A stretch of DNA of 64,000 nt from Verrucomicrobiota bacterium (GCA_003219175.1 QHPU01000057.1:2474-66473), one strand, 5' to 3'; shown: positions 1 to 9,763, numbered from the stretch's first letter. The notes: generated by a model not told the origin, from the sequence alone. Translations and numbers: made by a program.

Positions 1-2238
1 GGCGTAGATCACGGCGAGATTAAAATGCGCATCAGCATAGTCGGGTTTCACCGCGATGGCTTCGAGCATTTCTTTCTCCGCCGCTTCTTGCCAGCCTTTC
101 TGGCTGGCGGTAATGCCGAGATAATTGTGGGCCGCCGCGCTTTTTGGATTAATGGCAAGCGACTTGGTCAGTTCGTTCAGTGCTTCATCGAACTTACTCT
201 GCCGATAGTAAACGATACCCAGGGTAGTATGAGCAAATTCATCCTTCGGCGCTATAGCCACTGCCTTCTTCAAGGTAAGTTCAGCCGCCTTCAGCTTACC
301 GGATCTAAAGTAGACAACGCCCAGATTTGACAGGGAATAAAGATTGTTCGGACTCTTGGTCAGGAGTTCCTGATATTGCCGCTCGGCCGCGTGATATTTT
401 CCATGATCAAAATTTTCCTTTGCCTGCCTCGCAATATCCATCATATCAGCTGGCACATCCGGTTTGAAGCCACCTTGTGAAGTACCTTCTGGCGCCGGTG
501 ACGGACTTTGCGTCGTCTCGACAATCGGTTCGTTCGGCTGTTGAGGAGTTGAGGGTTTCGCGTAGGTAAAGCTGGCTTTAACGGTGTTTGGACTCTCGTC
601 GGAAATCGAAATCACCGGCTGCCGCAGTAACGCCAGTTCTTCATCGGTCAACTTCGTCACCGGTTGCGCCAGCAGGGCGATTTGTTCGTTCAGAGTATCC
701 GACTTGATCTTTAGCTTATCGAACTCGGCCAGCATCAATTTCTTGGCTTGCTCACGCCGGGCTTCTTCCTGCCGTTCACGCACCACGATGTTGCGCAAGA
801 TTTGGTTTTCGCGCGTTAACCTGGCCGTCTCCTCGGCGTTGGCCCCAGTCAACTTCGCTTTTTCCAACTGCGATGAAGTATCCTCCAATTGCGACCTCAA
901 CGTGGCGATCGCCACTTCGAATTCCTTGTTCTGCTTTTCACTCGCGTCCAGTTGCGCACGCAAATCCTCCAGCTGCTTCTTCGCATCGACCAGCTCCTGC
1001 TCTTTCTTCGGCTTGTCCTCGCCCATCTCTTGCACGGTTTGTTCCGCAGCGGCCAGCTTCTCCTTTAATTCCGTATTCTCGGCCATCAACACCGCAACGC
1101 GATGCTCCGAATCTTTCATGCCCGCCAGCTGCCCCAGAGCGTCGTCCCGCTCTTTTGTGATCTGGGCAATCTGTGAGTTTGCATCGGCTAGTTTAGTGTT
1201 TTGCGAATCCCGTTCTTTCGTGATCTGGTCAATTTGCGAATTCGCGTCGGCCAGTTTCGCATTCCCCTCATCGCGCTCCTTCGTGATTTGGACGATCTCG
1301 GTGTTGGCATCAGCCAATTTGGCGCCCTGCGAATCACGTTCTTTCGTCATCTCGGCGATTTGCGAATTTGCGTCAGCCAGTTTCGCATTCTGGGCGTCGC
1401 GTTCCTTTTCCGCCGTTGTTCGGCCCTGCTCTGCAGAAATGAGGGCCTGCTTCAACTCCGCAATCTGCCCTTTCAAGGCCTCCTGTGCCTTCTGATCGGC
1501 GCTGCTGGTTTGCTGAATTTTCTTCAACGACGCCTGCGCATCGGCCAATTGACCGCGCACGTTTTTCTCCGCGTCCTTCGACCGTTCAAGGTCCTGTTGT
1601 GCCTTTTCCAACTTCGAACTCGATTCCTTTAGCTTTGCATTCAGCTTTTCTTTTTCGTCTTCCACCTGACTAACCTTGGAGCGCGAGTGCTGGAGCTCCG
1701 CCTCCAATTGATCGACTTTCTCACGCAACTTTCGCGTTGCATTCTTGATCGCGTTCTCGTTAGCAGCAGGAGCTGGTGCCGCGGCTTCTTTCTGGGCTGG
1801 AGCCGGCGAGCCCTCACCCGCCGCTTGCACAACTATCGACGGCTTCGATTTCGCCGCCCCAATGTCGACCGTCGGTTCGATCGAGCGCTGCGGTGAAGGC
1901 TGTGCCTCGGGAGGCGGCGCATTGGTCGCGGCGAGGTCCTGCTGCGTCCCGGATTTGCTTTGCACTCGCAGAATGCTCTCCGACACCTTCCGGCTCCGGT
2001 ATTCCACAATCGCCGGCTGCCAATCCGAATGTGTTTTCTTGAGTTCTTCGAGCAGGCTCCCAGCGAAACGGTATTTCGCTAGCGCGCGAGTAAATTGACC
2101 GTCGCGCTCGAGCTTGTCGCCCTGCTGCGCGGTCATGTAAGCTTTGAGAAACGTCTCACTCGGATCGTCACTCTGCGCTTGCGCGGTGACGAGGGCGATT
2201 AGCAGTCCAGCGAGCAGAAGGGAACCTAGTCGTGTCAT
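1..2238 (-). CDS. secreted coiled-coil / TPR protein; C-terminus runs off the left window edge (absent from ORF track because there is no stop in the window)
   Basis: Hand translation of the minus strand from ATG (complement 2236-2238). It gives MTRLGSLLLAGLLIALVTAQAQ (signal peptide), a P/A-rich linker, then a long E/K/Q/L heptad-rich stretch that includes 4 tandem 21-aa repeats. TPR-like sequence follows (..AERQYQELLTKSPNNLYSLSNLGVVYFRSGKLKAAE..) and is open to position 1. The + strand ORFs 584..1495, 873..1160 and 1201..1632 are low-complexity antisense shadows. Confidence 0.75.
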   Translation of the reverse strand, partial: MTRLGSLLLAGLLIALVTAQAQSDDPSETFLKAYMTAQQGDKLERDGQFTRALAKYRFAGSLLEELKKTHSDWQPAIVEYRSRKVSESILRVQSKSGTQQDLAATNAPPPEAQPSPQRSIEPTVDIGAAKSKPSIVVQAAGEGSPAPAQKEAAAPAPAANENAIKNATRKLREKVDQLEAELQHSRSKVSQVEDEKEKLNAKLKESSSKLEKAQQDLERSKDAEKNVRGQLADAQASLKKIQQTSSADQKAQEALKGQIAELKQALISAEQGRTTAEKERDAQNAKLADANSQIAEMTKERDSQGAKLADANTEIVQITKERDEGNAKLADANSQIDQITKERDSQNTKLADANSQIAQITKERDDALGQLAGMKDSEHRVAVLMAENTELKEKLAAAEQTVQEMGEDKPKKEQELVDAKKQLEDLRAQLDASEKQNKEFEVAIATLRSQLEDTSSQLEKAKLTGANAEETARLTRENQILRNIVVRERQEEARREQAKKLMLAEFDKLKIKSDTLNEQIALLAQPVTKLTDEELALLRQPVISISDESPNTVKASFTYAKPSTPQQPNEPIVETTQSPSPAPEGTSQGGFKPDVPADMMDIARQAKENFDHGKYHAAERQYQELLTKSPNNLYSLSNLGVVYFRSGKLKAAELTLKKAVAIAPKDEFAHTTLGIVYYRQSKFDEALNELTKSLAINPKSAAAHNYLGITASQKGWQEAAEKEMLEAIAVKPDYADAHFNLAVIYA
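1159..1410 (-). repeat. 4 tandem 63-nt (21-aa) repeats inside the coiled-coil gene
   Basis: Units at 1159-1221, 1222-1284, 1285-1347 and 1348-1410. Each ends in ..cgttctttcgt-like sequence. They encode (K)ERD-x-x-x-AKLADAN(S/T)(Q/E)I-x-x-(I/M)T, i.e. three heptads per unit. Confidence 0.85.
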
Positions 2239-2507
2239 GCGGGGACGAGCCGCTAGAATAACCCAGCCAGCACCGGTTGCAATGCTAAGGAGAAGCACCA
2301 CATCGGTCGCTGGAGCGAAGAGCGTGCCAAGCTGAACCGGAACATAGGCTTTCCAGCCTGTGCGCCCGGCGGGCTTTTAGCCTGCTGTCTTCGCCGGAAA
2401 CAGGCAGAAGGCCGTCTGGCTCACAGACAGAATGTCTATGTTCCAATGGCCAGCTGGGACCTTTGCCTTTGCAATCGCAAATCTCAAACCTAAAATCTGA
2501 GTGAGCT

Positions 2508-2583
2508 GGTGGTCATAGCTCAATGGTAGAGCCCCAGATTGTGGTTCTGGTTGTTGCGGGTTCGAGTCCCGTTGACCACCCCA
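2508..2583 (+). tRNA. tRNA-His (anticodon GTG), with extra G-1 and encoded CCA
   Basis: Cloverleaf folded by hand. G-1 plus acceptor gtggtca/tgaccac, D arm gctc..gagc, anticodon stem ccaga/tctgg with loop ttGTGgt, T arm gcggg-ttcgagt-cccgt, then c-cca. Confidence 0.9.
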
Positions 2584-2667
2584 TTTTTTGCTGGAGTAAT
2601 GCAGTGGTACCGATAATTCCGCGCCATCAAAATTCCAATACTCCAACACTTCACTATTTTTGCGCTT

Positions 2668-2744
2668 GTGCCTGTAGCTCAACTGGATAGAGCTTCTGAC
2701 TTCGGATCAGACGGCTGGGGGTTCGAATCCCTCCAGGCACGCCA
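2668..2744 (+). tRNA. tRNA-Arg (anticodon TCG), encoded CCA
   Basis: Acceptor gtgcctg/caggcac, anticodon stem tctga/tcaga with loop ctTCGga, T arm ggggg-ttcgaat-ccctc, discriminator g plus cca. ORF 2377..2682(-) overlaps both tRNAs and is spurious. Confidence 0.9.
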
Positions 2745-2756
2745 GATCGTCCTCGG

Positions 2757-3425
2757 ATGAGTCTTTCCCGCCGCGAACTCGACGCCAACATCGTTAATAT
2801 TGAGCTCACTCTTGCCAGCATTATTCAGGGCGTTGCGCTCTATTTCCTGACCGAGAACGCGCGAACCGCTTTATCGCTCAACAATTGGCCGTCGCTTCTC
2901 TATCTCAGCGCGGGATTGTGCATAATTTGCATCTTTTGGTCGCGCTCAATCATTCACACACTTACTCTCATCAAATGGCCACTCGAATTCGGGCACAACT
3001 TTCTCTACATCGCCTGCGCCTTGGGCGAAGCCATTCTCTTCACTCGCCTCGAACGTCCGCTGGCCTGGTTCCGCTTGAGCACCGCTTATGCCGCATTTGT
3101 CTGGCTGCTTTTCGTCTACGATTTGCGCCTGATCCGGGCCCGATTCCGGGAAACGACAACCGAAGCCGAGCGGTTGCTCTATCAACGAACCTGGGAGGAC
3201 CAATTGCTCAATATCCGGCTGTTAATGCCATGCCTTTTCTTCTTCAATCTCGCCTGCGCGCTCTCCATTAATCGCTGGTCGGACTATTTCCTCAAGCGTT
3301 CCGGCAACGTCTGGTTGATCGCCGCCCAGTTGCTGTCGTTTCTGATCTACCTGGTTTACGTGACGCGATTCTATCACCGAATTGCGCCCCTGATCTTGCG
3401 CGGTCATGAGGCAAAAATGAATTAG
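2757..3425 (+). CDS. polytopic membrane protein, unknown function
   Basis: 222-aa ORF with about 6 hydrophobic segments (e.g. LLYLSAGLCIICIFW, AYAAFVWLLFVY, LLMPCLFFFNLACAL, WLIAAQLLSFLIYLVYV). No family recognised. Confidence 0.55.
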   Translation: MSLSRRELDANIVNIELTLASIIQGVALYFLTENARTALSLNNWPSLLYLSAGLCIICIFWSRSIIHTLTLIKWPLEFGHNFLYIACALGEAILFTRLERPLAWFRLSTAYAAFVWLLFVYDLRLIRARFRETTTEAERLLYQRTWEDQLLNIRLLMPCLFFFNLACALSINRWSDYFLKRSGNVWLIAAQLLSFLIYLVYVTRFYHRIAPLILRGHEAKMN

Positions 3426-3491
3426 CTCTAAACGCGATAGAGATCCTGCTTCCTCGCGAAGGCTTTTGCAGCGTATATAATTGGGTCGCTT

Positions 3492-4436
3492 GTGAAAACC
3501 CCCGCTGCCCATTCGCGTTCCAACTCGCAATCAGCGCCCCTCGGCCGCTCACGCTGGACGGTGCCAACTGTCGATCAAGTGATGGTGGAAGAACGGGCCG
3601 CCGCCTTCACCCGACGCAGCATTAAAACTTCGGCCAAACTCGAGGGCCTGAAGCTGGTGGTTTCGATGATGGATCTAACCACGCTCGAGGGCGGCGATAC
3701 CCCCGGAAAAATCGCCATTCTCTGCCGCAAAGCCATGCAACCGCTCCATCCACGATATCAAGTTCCGAATTGCGCCGCAGTTTGTGTTTATCCAAATCTC
3801 GTTAGGATGGCGAAGAAGTTTCTCGAACACTCAACTGTAAAGGTGACGTCTGTCGCGACCGCTTTTCCGGCGGGATTGATGCCGGTAAAACTAAAATTAC
3901 AGGAGGTCCGCACTGCCGTGCGCGATGGCGCCGATGAAATCGACATGGTCATCAATCGGGCAAATTTTCTCGCTGGCGAATACGAGCGCGTTTTCGACCA
4001 GATTGCAGCAACGAAACAGGCATGCGGGGCGGCGCATTTGAAAGTGATCCTCGAGACGGGCGAGCTACAGACCTACGACAACGTTCGACTTGCCAGTGAA
4101 ATCGCAATGCGCGCCGGGGCCGATTTCATCAAAACTTCAACCGGAAAAATCTCGCCTGCCGCCACCATGCCGGTGGCATTGGTAATGCTGGAAGCGATCC
4201 GGGATTTTTTTTACGAGACCGGGATTCGCATCGGAATGAAGCCAGCCGGCGGAATTCGCAGCGCCAAGGAAGCACTCGGCTATCTCGTCATGCTCAAAGA
4301 GACGCTTGGCGACGCCTGGCTCACACCCGATCTTTTCCGCTTCGGCGCCAGCACGCTCCTCAACGATATCCTCATGCAACTGGTAAAAGTGGTCGACGCC
4401 AACTACCAAAGCGCGGATTATTTTTCACTGCCTTAA
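3492..4436 (+). CDS. deoC: deoxyribose-phosphate aldolase
   Basis: MDLTTLEGGDT, DEIDMVIN, KVILETGEL, ADFIKTSTGK (Schiff-base Lys) and KPAGGIR all match the E. coli-type DeoC layout. The start is uncertain and an internal Met is possible. Confidence 0.85.
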   Translation: MKTPAAHSRSNSQSAPLGRSRWTVPTVDQVMVEERAAAFTRRSIKTSAKLEGLKLVVSMMDLTTLEGGDTPGKIAILCRKAMQPLHPRYQVPNCAAVCVYPNLVRMAKKFLEHSTVKVTSVATAFPAGLMPVKLKLQEVRTAVRDGADEIDMVINRANFLAGEYERVFDQIAATKQACGAAHLKVILETGELQTYDNVRLASEIAMRAGADFIKTSTGKISPAATMPVALVMLEAIRDFFYETGIRIGMKPAGGIRSAKEALGYLVMLKETLGDAWLTPDLFRFGASTLLNDILMQLVKVVDANYQSADYFSLP

Positions 4437-4438
4437 CT

Positions 4439-5974
4439 ATGCCGCGACGGAAACCATCTCAGCTCACGATCCTTGATCGAAATGGCGAGCGTGGAGAACG
4501 ACCGATTGGCAAACGAGAACGAAGTCTCGACTTCGGTGAACGCTGGAGTTATGCGCCAGCGCCGGAAGCGCACAGCTACATCAGACTTCGCGACCGCTAT
4601 CAATTGTTCATTGGCGGGAAATTTGTCGCGCCGAAGTCGGGCGAATATTTCGATTCTGTTAATCCGGCCACGGAAGAGAAACTGACGGAGATTAGTTCCG
4701 CCAACGAAAAGGATGTCGATCTCGCGGTCAAAGCAGCGCGACGCGCTTACAAAAACATCTGGTCGAAAATGCCGGGACGTGAGCGTGGAAAATATCTGTT
4801 TCGCATTGCGCGTTTGATTCAGGAAAAAGCACGCGAGCTGGCCGTGCTCGAAACCATGGATGGCGGCAAAACCATCAAGGAATCGCGCGACATCGATCTG
4901 CCCTTGGTGGCGGCACATTTTTTTTATTACGCGGGCTGGGCCGACAAACTCCACCACGCTTTTCCCGGGCAGAAAATGCGGCCGCTCGGCGTCGCGGGCC
5001 AGATCATTCCCTGGAATTTCCCGCTGCTAATGGCAGCTTGGAAGCTCGCGCCTGCGCTGGCCTGCGGGAACACGTGCGTGCTGAAGCCGGCGGAAACGAC
5101 TTCCGTTACTGCGCTGCATCTCGCCGAGATTTTGCAGGAAGCCGAACTGCCCGACGGCGTGGTCAACATCGTCACCGGCACGGGTGAGACCGGCAGCGCA
5201 CTCGTTACACATCCCGATGTCGATAAGATTGCGTTTACCGGTTCGACTGAAGTCGGAAAAAGAATTGCCATGGCTCTTGCCGGCACAAAGAAGAAGCTGA
5301 CGCTCGAACTGGGCGGCAAAGCGGCCAACATCATTTTTGACGATGCGCCGGTCGAGCAGGCAGTGGAAGGGATCATCGCCGGAATTTATTTCAATCAGGG
5401 TCACGTCTGCTGTGCTGGTTCGCGATTGCTTGTGCAGGAAAGCGTTTTCCGGCAGGTCATTCGCAAGTTGCGCGATCGCATTTCTACTCTCCGCCTCGGG
5501 AATCCGCTCGACAAAAACACTGATATCGGCGCGATTAATTCGCGGGCGCAGCTGGACAAGATTTGCGAGTTGGTGGACAGCGGTTTGAAACAAGGCGCGC
5601 AACTGGTGCAGTCACGCGCCCATTTACCTGCTAAAGGGTATTGGTATCCACCGAGCTTTTTCACCGGCGTCACCGCCTCGCATCGGATCGCTCAGGAAGA
5701 AATCTTTGGTCCGGTCCTGAGCGTGATGACCTTTCGCACGCCCGAGGAAGCAATCGCGCGCGCCAACAACACGCGGTACGGAATGAGCGCCGGCGTTTGG
5801 ACCGACAAGGGGAGCAAGATTTTCAAAATCGTGCATCAGCTCCGCGCCGGAGTAGTCTGGGCCAACACTTACAACAAATTCGATCCGTCCAGTCCATTCG
5901 GCGGCTACAAGGAAAGCGGTTTCGGCCGTGAAGGTGGACGGCACGGCTTGCTGCCGTATCTCAGCCTCCGTTGA
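4439..5974 (+). CDS. NAD(P)-dependent aldehyde dehydrogenase
   Basis: ALDH motifs IIPWNFPL, FTGSTEVGK, LELGGKA (catalytic Glu), NQGHVCCAGSR (catalytic Cys) and EEIFGPV. It starts 2 nt after deoC, which would let it oxidise DeoC-derived acetaldehyde (inference). Confidence 0.85.
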   Translation: MPRRKPSQLTILDRNGERGERPIGKRERSLDFGERWSYAPAPEAHSYIRLRDRYQLFIGGKFVAPKSGEYFDSVNPATEEKLTEISSANEKDVDLAVKAARRAYKNIWSKMPGRERGKYLFRIARLIQEKARELAVLETMDGGKTIKESRDIDLPLVAAHFFYYAGWADKLHHAFPGQKMRPLGVAGQIIPWNFPLLMAAWKLAPALACGNTCVLKPAETTSVTALHLAEILQEAELPDGVVNIVTGTGETGSALVTHPDVDKIAFTGSTEVGKRIAMALAGTKKKLTLELGGKAANIIFDDAPVEQAVEGIIAGIYFNQGHVCCAGSRLLVQESVFRQVIRKLRDRISTLRLGNPLDKNTDIGAINSRAQLDKICELVDSGLKQGAQLVQSRAHLPAKGYWYPPSFFTGVTASHRIAQEEIFGPVLSVMTFRTPEEAIARANNTRYGMSAGVWTDKGSKIFKIVHQLRAGVVWANTYNKFDPSSPFGGYKESGFGREGGRHGLLPYLSLR

Positions 5975-7067
5975 AGCGCCGCGCCTCTCCTTGGGGCGCG
6001 TCGAAATAAAGGAGGACAAAAGCAATACCGAGGAGAGGGCGCAAGATAGATTGAAGCAGGCCGAGGCAAAGCCGGAGCAGATCAAAACCGGTTGATGTCG
6101 ACTCGGCTGTCATCGCCGTCAGCAGGGACTGCGGGTCCGGTGTCGTCATTAGGAGCTCAAAGGAGTGATGTATCGCCGGCCACGAACTCCAAAGCTCGAA
6201 CGTCGCGCTGAAAGCAAACCAAATTGAGACGATTAACGCGCCTCGCCAAAGAGGTCGCTTATACCAGGGCAATTCCCGACCGCTGCGGGCGATTTCTTTG
6301 CTTTGGCGCAAGGCCTCTGGGACGGTGGCATTGTTGAGAACCGCCGCTTGTTGCCAAAAGAGAACGTTGATGAACCAGCGGCCAAACAGCCAAACCTGAA
6401 GGGCGAGCAAAATAAGAATTGGGAAAATCAAAAATGGCGCTCCAGCAGCGCCGGCTGCCATCAATCCGATGGCGAAGGCGAACACCAATAGCAAGAAGAA
6501 GACGCCGTAAACGATGGCGCACAATATGGCGACGCGTGGCCAAAATTTTGCCGCGCGATTTAATGTGGCTCCCAGTCCAATTTGCCGGCCAGCAGCTAGT
6601 TCGCCTGTCACAATCTGAAGACCAGCCAGATAGACCGGCCACAACACCATCAAGACGACCGTCATGAAAAACGCGACCAGAGCGGAGAAGAACCCGAGGA
6701 AATTGGCTCCGTTGCTGGGTAGTCGCTCAGCGAAAACACTCACCAATTGCCCACACAATGAGGGAACAATGATTAGCCCACTTAGAGCCAGGAATTGGAA
6801 AAACCCTCGCCCATAGATCTGAAATGTTCGGCGGAAAAGTTTACCCCGCGGCGGCTCGAACTCTTTTGCTTTGGATTGCGCAGGCGCTAGAGGCACCGAT
6901 TGAAATAAGCCTGGAATTGCGCCGACGCTTGACCATTGGCTTTCACTTTCCAGGCGCGCTTCGTTTGCCGACAGCAGCCGACCTTCTTGTTTCCACTCTC
7001 TCAGGACCTCGAGATCGACAGGACCATATTCCTTTCCGGCAACTCGAATAATCCAGCGATCAGGCAT
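5961..7067 (-). CDS. GYF_2 (DUF4339)-domain membrane protein
   Basis: N-terminus WIIRVAGKEYGPVDLEVLREWKQEGRLLSANEARLESESQWSSVGAIPGLF is GYF-like. It is followed by about 6 TM helices. Confidence 0.6.
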   Translation of the reverse strand: MPDRWIIRVAGKEYGPVDLEVLREWKQEGRLLSANEARLESESQWSSVGAIPGLFQSVPLAPAQSKAKEFEPPRGKLFRRTFQIYGRGFFQFLALSGLIIVPSLCGQLVSVFAERLPSNGANFLGFFSALVAFFMTVVLMVLWPVYLAGLQIVTGELAAGRQIGLGATLNRAAKFWPRVAILCAIVYGVFFLLLVFAFAIGLMAAGAAGAPFLIFPILILLALQVWLFGRWFINVLFWQQAAVLNNATVPEALRQSKEIARSGRELPWYKRPLWRGALIVSIWFAFSATFELWSSWPAIHHSFELLMTTPDPQSLLTAMTAESTSTGFDLLRLCLGLLQSILRPLLGIAFVLLYFDAPQGEARRFNGG

Positions 7068-7182
7068 GGCAGAGTTAAGCTATCATAGTGAAAGAAGTCG
7101 AATCGCGACACAGCGGCTACAAGTCAGCACGGAACGGGCAAATGGTAGCCTCGGCCGCGAAATCGCCTACGTTCCTTTACCC

Positions 7183-8097
7183 ATGAAACTGCTGCTGATT
7201 GACGGTCATTACTACGTTTACCGCTCGTTCTTCGCGATCCCGAATCTAAGCAATTCACGAGGCGAACCGACCAATGCTATTTTCGGCTTCACTAAGACGC
7301 TTCGATTAATGGTGAAACATTTGCAGCCAGAATTGGGGGCAGTTTTTTGGGACGAAGGGCTACCTCAGCGCCGCCTCGAATTGCAGCCCAACTACAAGGA
7401 AACACGCAAGGAAATGCCGATGCCGATGATCCCGCAGCTCGATTTCATTCGCAGCACGATTACGCGGTTGCTTGGGTTCGCCAACATTTCGCTTCCTGAC
7501 ACCGAAGCGGACGATTTGATGGGGTGTTATTCCATCGCCGCTTGCAAGAAAGACATCGAGGTGGTCCTGGCGACGAACGACAAGGACCTCTATCAACTGG
7601 TGGGCCCGTGCGTGAAAGTGTATACGACGGCCAAGGCCGATCTGGCTTCGCCCAAAGACTCGTTTGCCTTACTCGGAGAAGATGACGTCACCAAAAAATG
7701 GGGAGTCCCGCCAGCGCTGATCGGGGATGTGCTGGCGATTTCCGGCGATACCGTGGACAACATCCCGGGCGTTGGGATTGGCCGAAAGACGGCAGCCGGA
7801 TTGATTCTGGAACATGGCGGGTTGGAATCGTTACTCGGCAATCTGGGGGCGGTAAAGAGCCTCAAAAGCCGCGAGAAGTTGCAAAACGGGCGCGACCAAA
7901 TCCTCCAGAACCGCAAAATGGTTGAATTGGATTGCAAGACGGAGCTCCCGGTAGCGATCGATCAGCTCCGGATTCGGCCGGATTACCCGGAACTCATTGC
8001 AGCCTTGGAAAAGTGCGAGTTCAAATCGCTGTTACAGGAGGTCAAGGAGGAGGCTTCCCGGCGAGCGGCCACGGCCCAGGCCGAGCTAAGTTTATAG
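7183..8097 (+). CDS. stand-alone 5'-3' exonuclease (Pol I N-terminal / FEN-like)
   Basis: MKLLLIDGHYYVYRSFFA, EPTNAIFGF, EADDLMG, ATNDKDLYQLV and a GIGRKTAAGLI helix-hairpin-helix. No polymerase domain follows. Start chosen at the internal Met; the ORF opens at 7066. Confidence 0.8.
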   Translation: MKLLLIDGHYYVYRSFFAIPNLSNSRGEPTNAIFGFTKTLRLMVKHLQPELGAVFWDEGLPQRRLELQPNYKETRKEMPMPMIPQLDFIRSTITRLLGFANISLPDTEADDLMGCYSIAACKKDIEVVLATNDKDLYQLVGPCVKVYTTAKADLASPKDSFALLGEDDVTKKWGVPPALIGDVLAISGDTVDNIPGVGIGRKTAAGLILEHGGLESLLGNLGAVKSLKSREKLQNGRDQILQNRKMVELDCKTELPVAIDQLRIRPDYPELIAALEKCEFKSLLQEVKEEASRRAATAQAELSL

Positions 8098-8396
8098 GGA
8101 CCGAAATTTTTTCGCAAAAACCCGAGAATTTTCGAACGAGTCCAAAAATCCTGCTGTCAAAGAAGTCAGGTTAAGGCGATTCGGGTAGTCGCACGTGGCT
8201 GTATTTGCTGTTTCTCCTTGGCGTGCGCTGCCCGAATCTTTTTTTGCCCTGTTCGGGGGGCTGAAAATCCACCGTTGCGCGTCGCCTCCAGCCGAGTTTG
8301 ATAGCAAGCTGGTGAGGGTGCGGAAACAGTTCAAAATGCGGGATTACGCCTGCAACCCGAGGGGCATTGGAACATTATCCCGCCGGCGCCGCAAAA

Positions 8397-9242
8397 ATGG
8401 CAGAGGCTGATCCGATTGATCTCGCGCTCCATGAAGATGTCGGCGCGGGCGATGTAACAACCGCCTTGCTTGTGCCTGCCGACAGGCGCGCTCAGGCTCG
8501 CATTTTGGCGCGAGAAAAGGCCGTTATCGCTGGGACAATGACGGCGGCAGAAGTGTTTCGCCGGGTCGATCCGGCGCTAAAAGTCTCGGTTGAACTAACG
8601 GACGGAAGCGCTGTGCTCGGCGGCGAAACGATTCTTAAGGTTCAGGGCGCGGCCCGAAGTATTCTTACTGCCGAACGGGTGGCTCTGAATTTCTTGCAGC
8701 GACTCTCCGGGATTGCGACGCTGACCAACGAATACGTGGAAGCGATTGGAAAAAATCCGGCCAAAATCATGGATACGCGCAAGACCACGCCGGGTTTGCG
8801 CGCGCTGGAAAAGGCTGCGGTTGTGGCCGGCGGCGGGACGAATCATCGCTTTGGTCTGTTCGACGCCATTTTAATAAAGGACAATCATCTCGCGGCGGAA
8901 CAGGATCTCGAAAAACTGGCGGTGGCAATTCGGCAAGCGCGGGCACAAAACCCCGATATGAAGATCGAAGTGGAAGCCGACAATCTCGAACTAGTCCGCG
9001 CGCTGGTGCAGATGGACGGCGTCCACGTCATCCTGCTCGACAACATGGAGACGGCGGAAATGCGGGAGGCGATCGCGCTCGGTCGCAAACAGGGCGTGAA
9101 ATTCGAGGCCAGCGGTGGGATCAATTTGAGAACGGTCCGGCGCATTGCCGCTACCGGTGTCGATTACATTTCAGTGGGCGCCCTCACCCATTCGCCGCGG
9201 GCCATCGATATCTCGCTAGAGCTAACGCATGTTGGCAGCTGA
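8397..9242 (+). CDS. nadC: nicotinate-nucleotide diphosphorylase (quinolinate phosphoribosyltransferase)
   Basis: GAGDVTT, TAERVALNFLQRLSGIAT, MDTRKTTPGLR, LIKDNH and VEADNLE. Confidence 0.9.
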   Translation: MAEADPIDLALHEDVGAGDVTTALLVPADRRAQARILAREKAVIAGTMTAAEVFRRVDPALKVSVELTDGSAVLGGETILKVQGAARSILTAERVALNFLQRLSGIATLTNEYVEAIGKNPAKIMDTRKTTPGLRALEKAAVVAGGGTNHRFGLFDAILIKDNHLAAEQDLEKLAVAIRQARAQNPDMKIEVEADNLELVRALVQMDGVHVILLDNMETAEMREAIALGRKQGVKFEASGGINLRTVRRIAATGVDYISVGALTHSPRAIDISLELTHVGS

Positions 9243-9721
9243 TCGGTTGAGCGCGGCGAAATTGCGCGCCGGGCTTGGTCACTGCGCGATTGGGAGGGCA
9301 ACGCGGCAACGTTTGGGAATCGTCGGCAGGAAAAGGACTCCTGTGTTCTATTTTGCTCCGACCGAACATCGCGGTACAGGATTCGGCACGATTGGTGGAG
9401 TGGGCCACTAAGGGAGTTGCCTGGACAATCGAAGGCGCCTGTCTTTGCAAAGCGACAATCAAACCACCTAACGACATCTATATTGATGGACGCAAAGTCG
9501 CCGGAGTGTTGGTAGAAATGCGTGCTCAACCCGATGCATCGCATCTCGCCGTTGTGGGTATTGGCGTCAACGTGAACCAGACTCCGAGCCACTTTGCCGA
9601 AGAATTACGCGAGCATGCAACCTCGCTTGCCATCGTTTTCGGCGGCCCCCTCGAGAGAAATACCCTGGCAATCGCGTTGCTGAGAAATCTCGATCAATTG
9701 TACCGCGAAGGTTTTTTGTAA
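9229..9721 (+). pseudogene. birA: biotin-protein ligase (BirA) remnant: frameshifted, N-terminal region and C-terminal domain missing
   Basis: ORF 9275..9721 has a BirA core (..WESSAGKGLLCSILLRP.., IKPPNDIYIDGRKVAGVLVE, GIGVNVN). The GRGRxGRxW loop reads LGGQRGNVW. An in-frame TGA at 9248 stops any upstream extension. A possible BirA start (MLAADRLSAAKLRAGLG, 9229) is in another frame. Only about 150 aa remain, versus 240 aa or more for known BirA. Confidence 0.5.
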
Positions 9722-9763
9722 GGGAGAGACGTGTTTCCGCCCGTCCCGGCACTTCACCGAAAC

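Noticed and set aside
584-1632. Long + strand ORFs (584..1495, 873..1160, 1201..1632) with Ser/Ala/Cys/Phe-rich low-complexity products
   Set aside because: They are antisense shadows of the minus-strand coiled-coil gene (1..2238). That gene gives a coherent signal peptide, heptad repeats and TPRs. The + strand products have no motifs and have repeat-driven composition.
2377-2682. 101-aa minus-strand ORF
   Set aside because: It overlaps tRNA-His completely and the 5' end of tRNA-Arg. Its sequence simply mirrors the tRNA genes.
8255-8270. ggggggctgaaaatcc, resembling the 5' end of tmRNA (GGGGCUGA..) in the 300-nt spacer before nadC
   Set aside because: There is no tag reading frame, no tRNA-like 3' end (T arm/ACCA), and nadC coding begins about 130 nt later. 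The similarity is limited to 8 nt.
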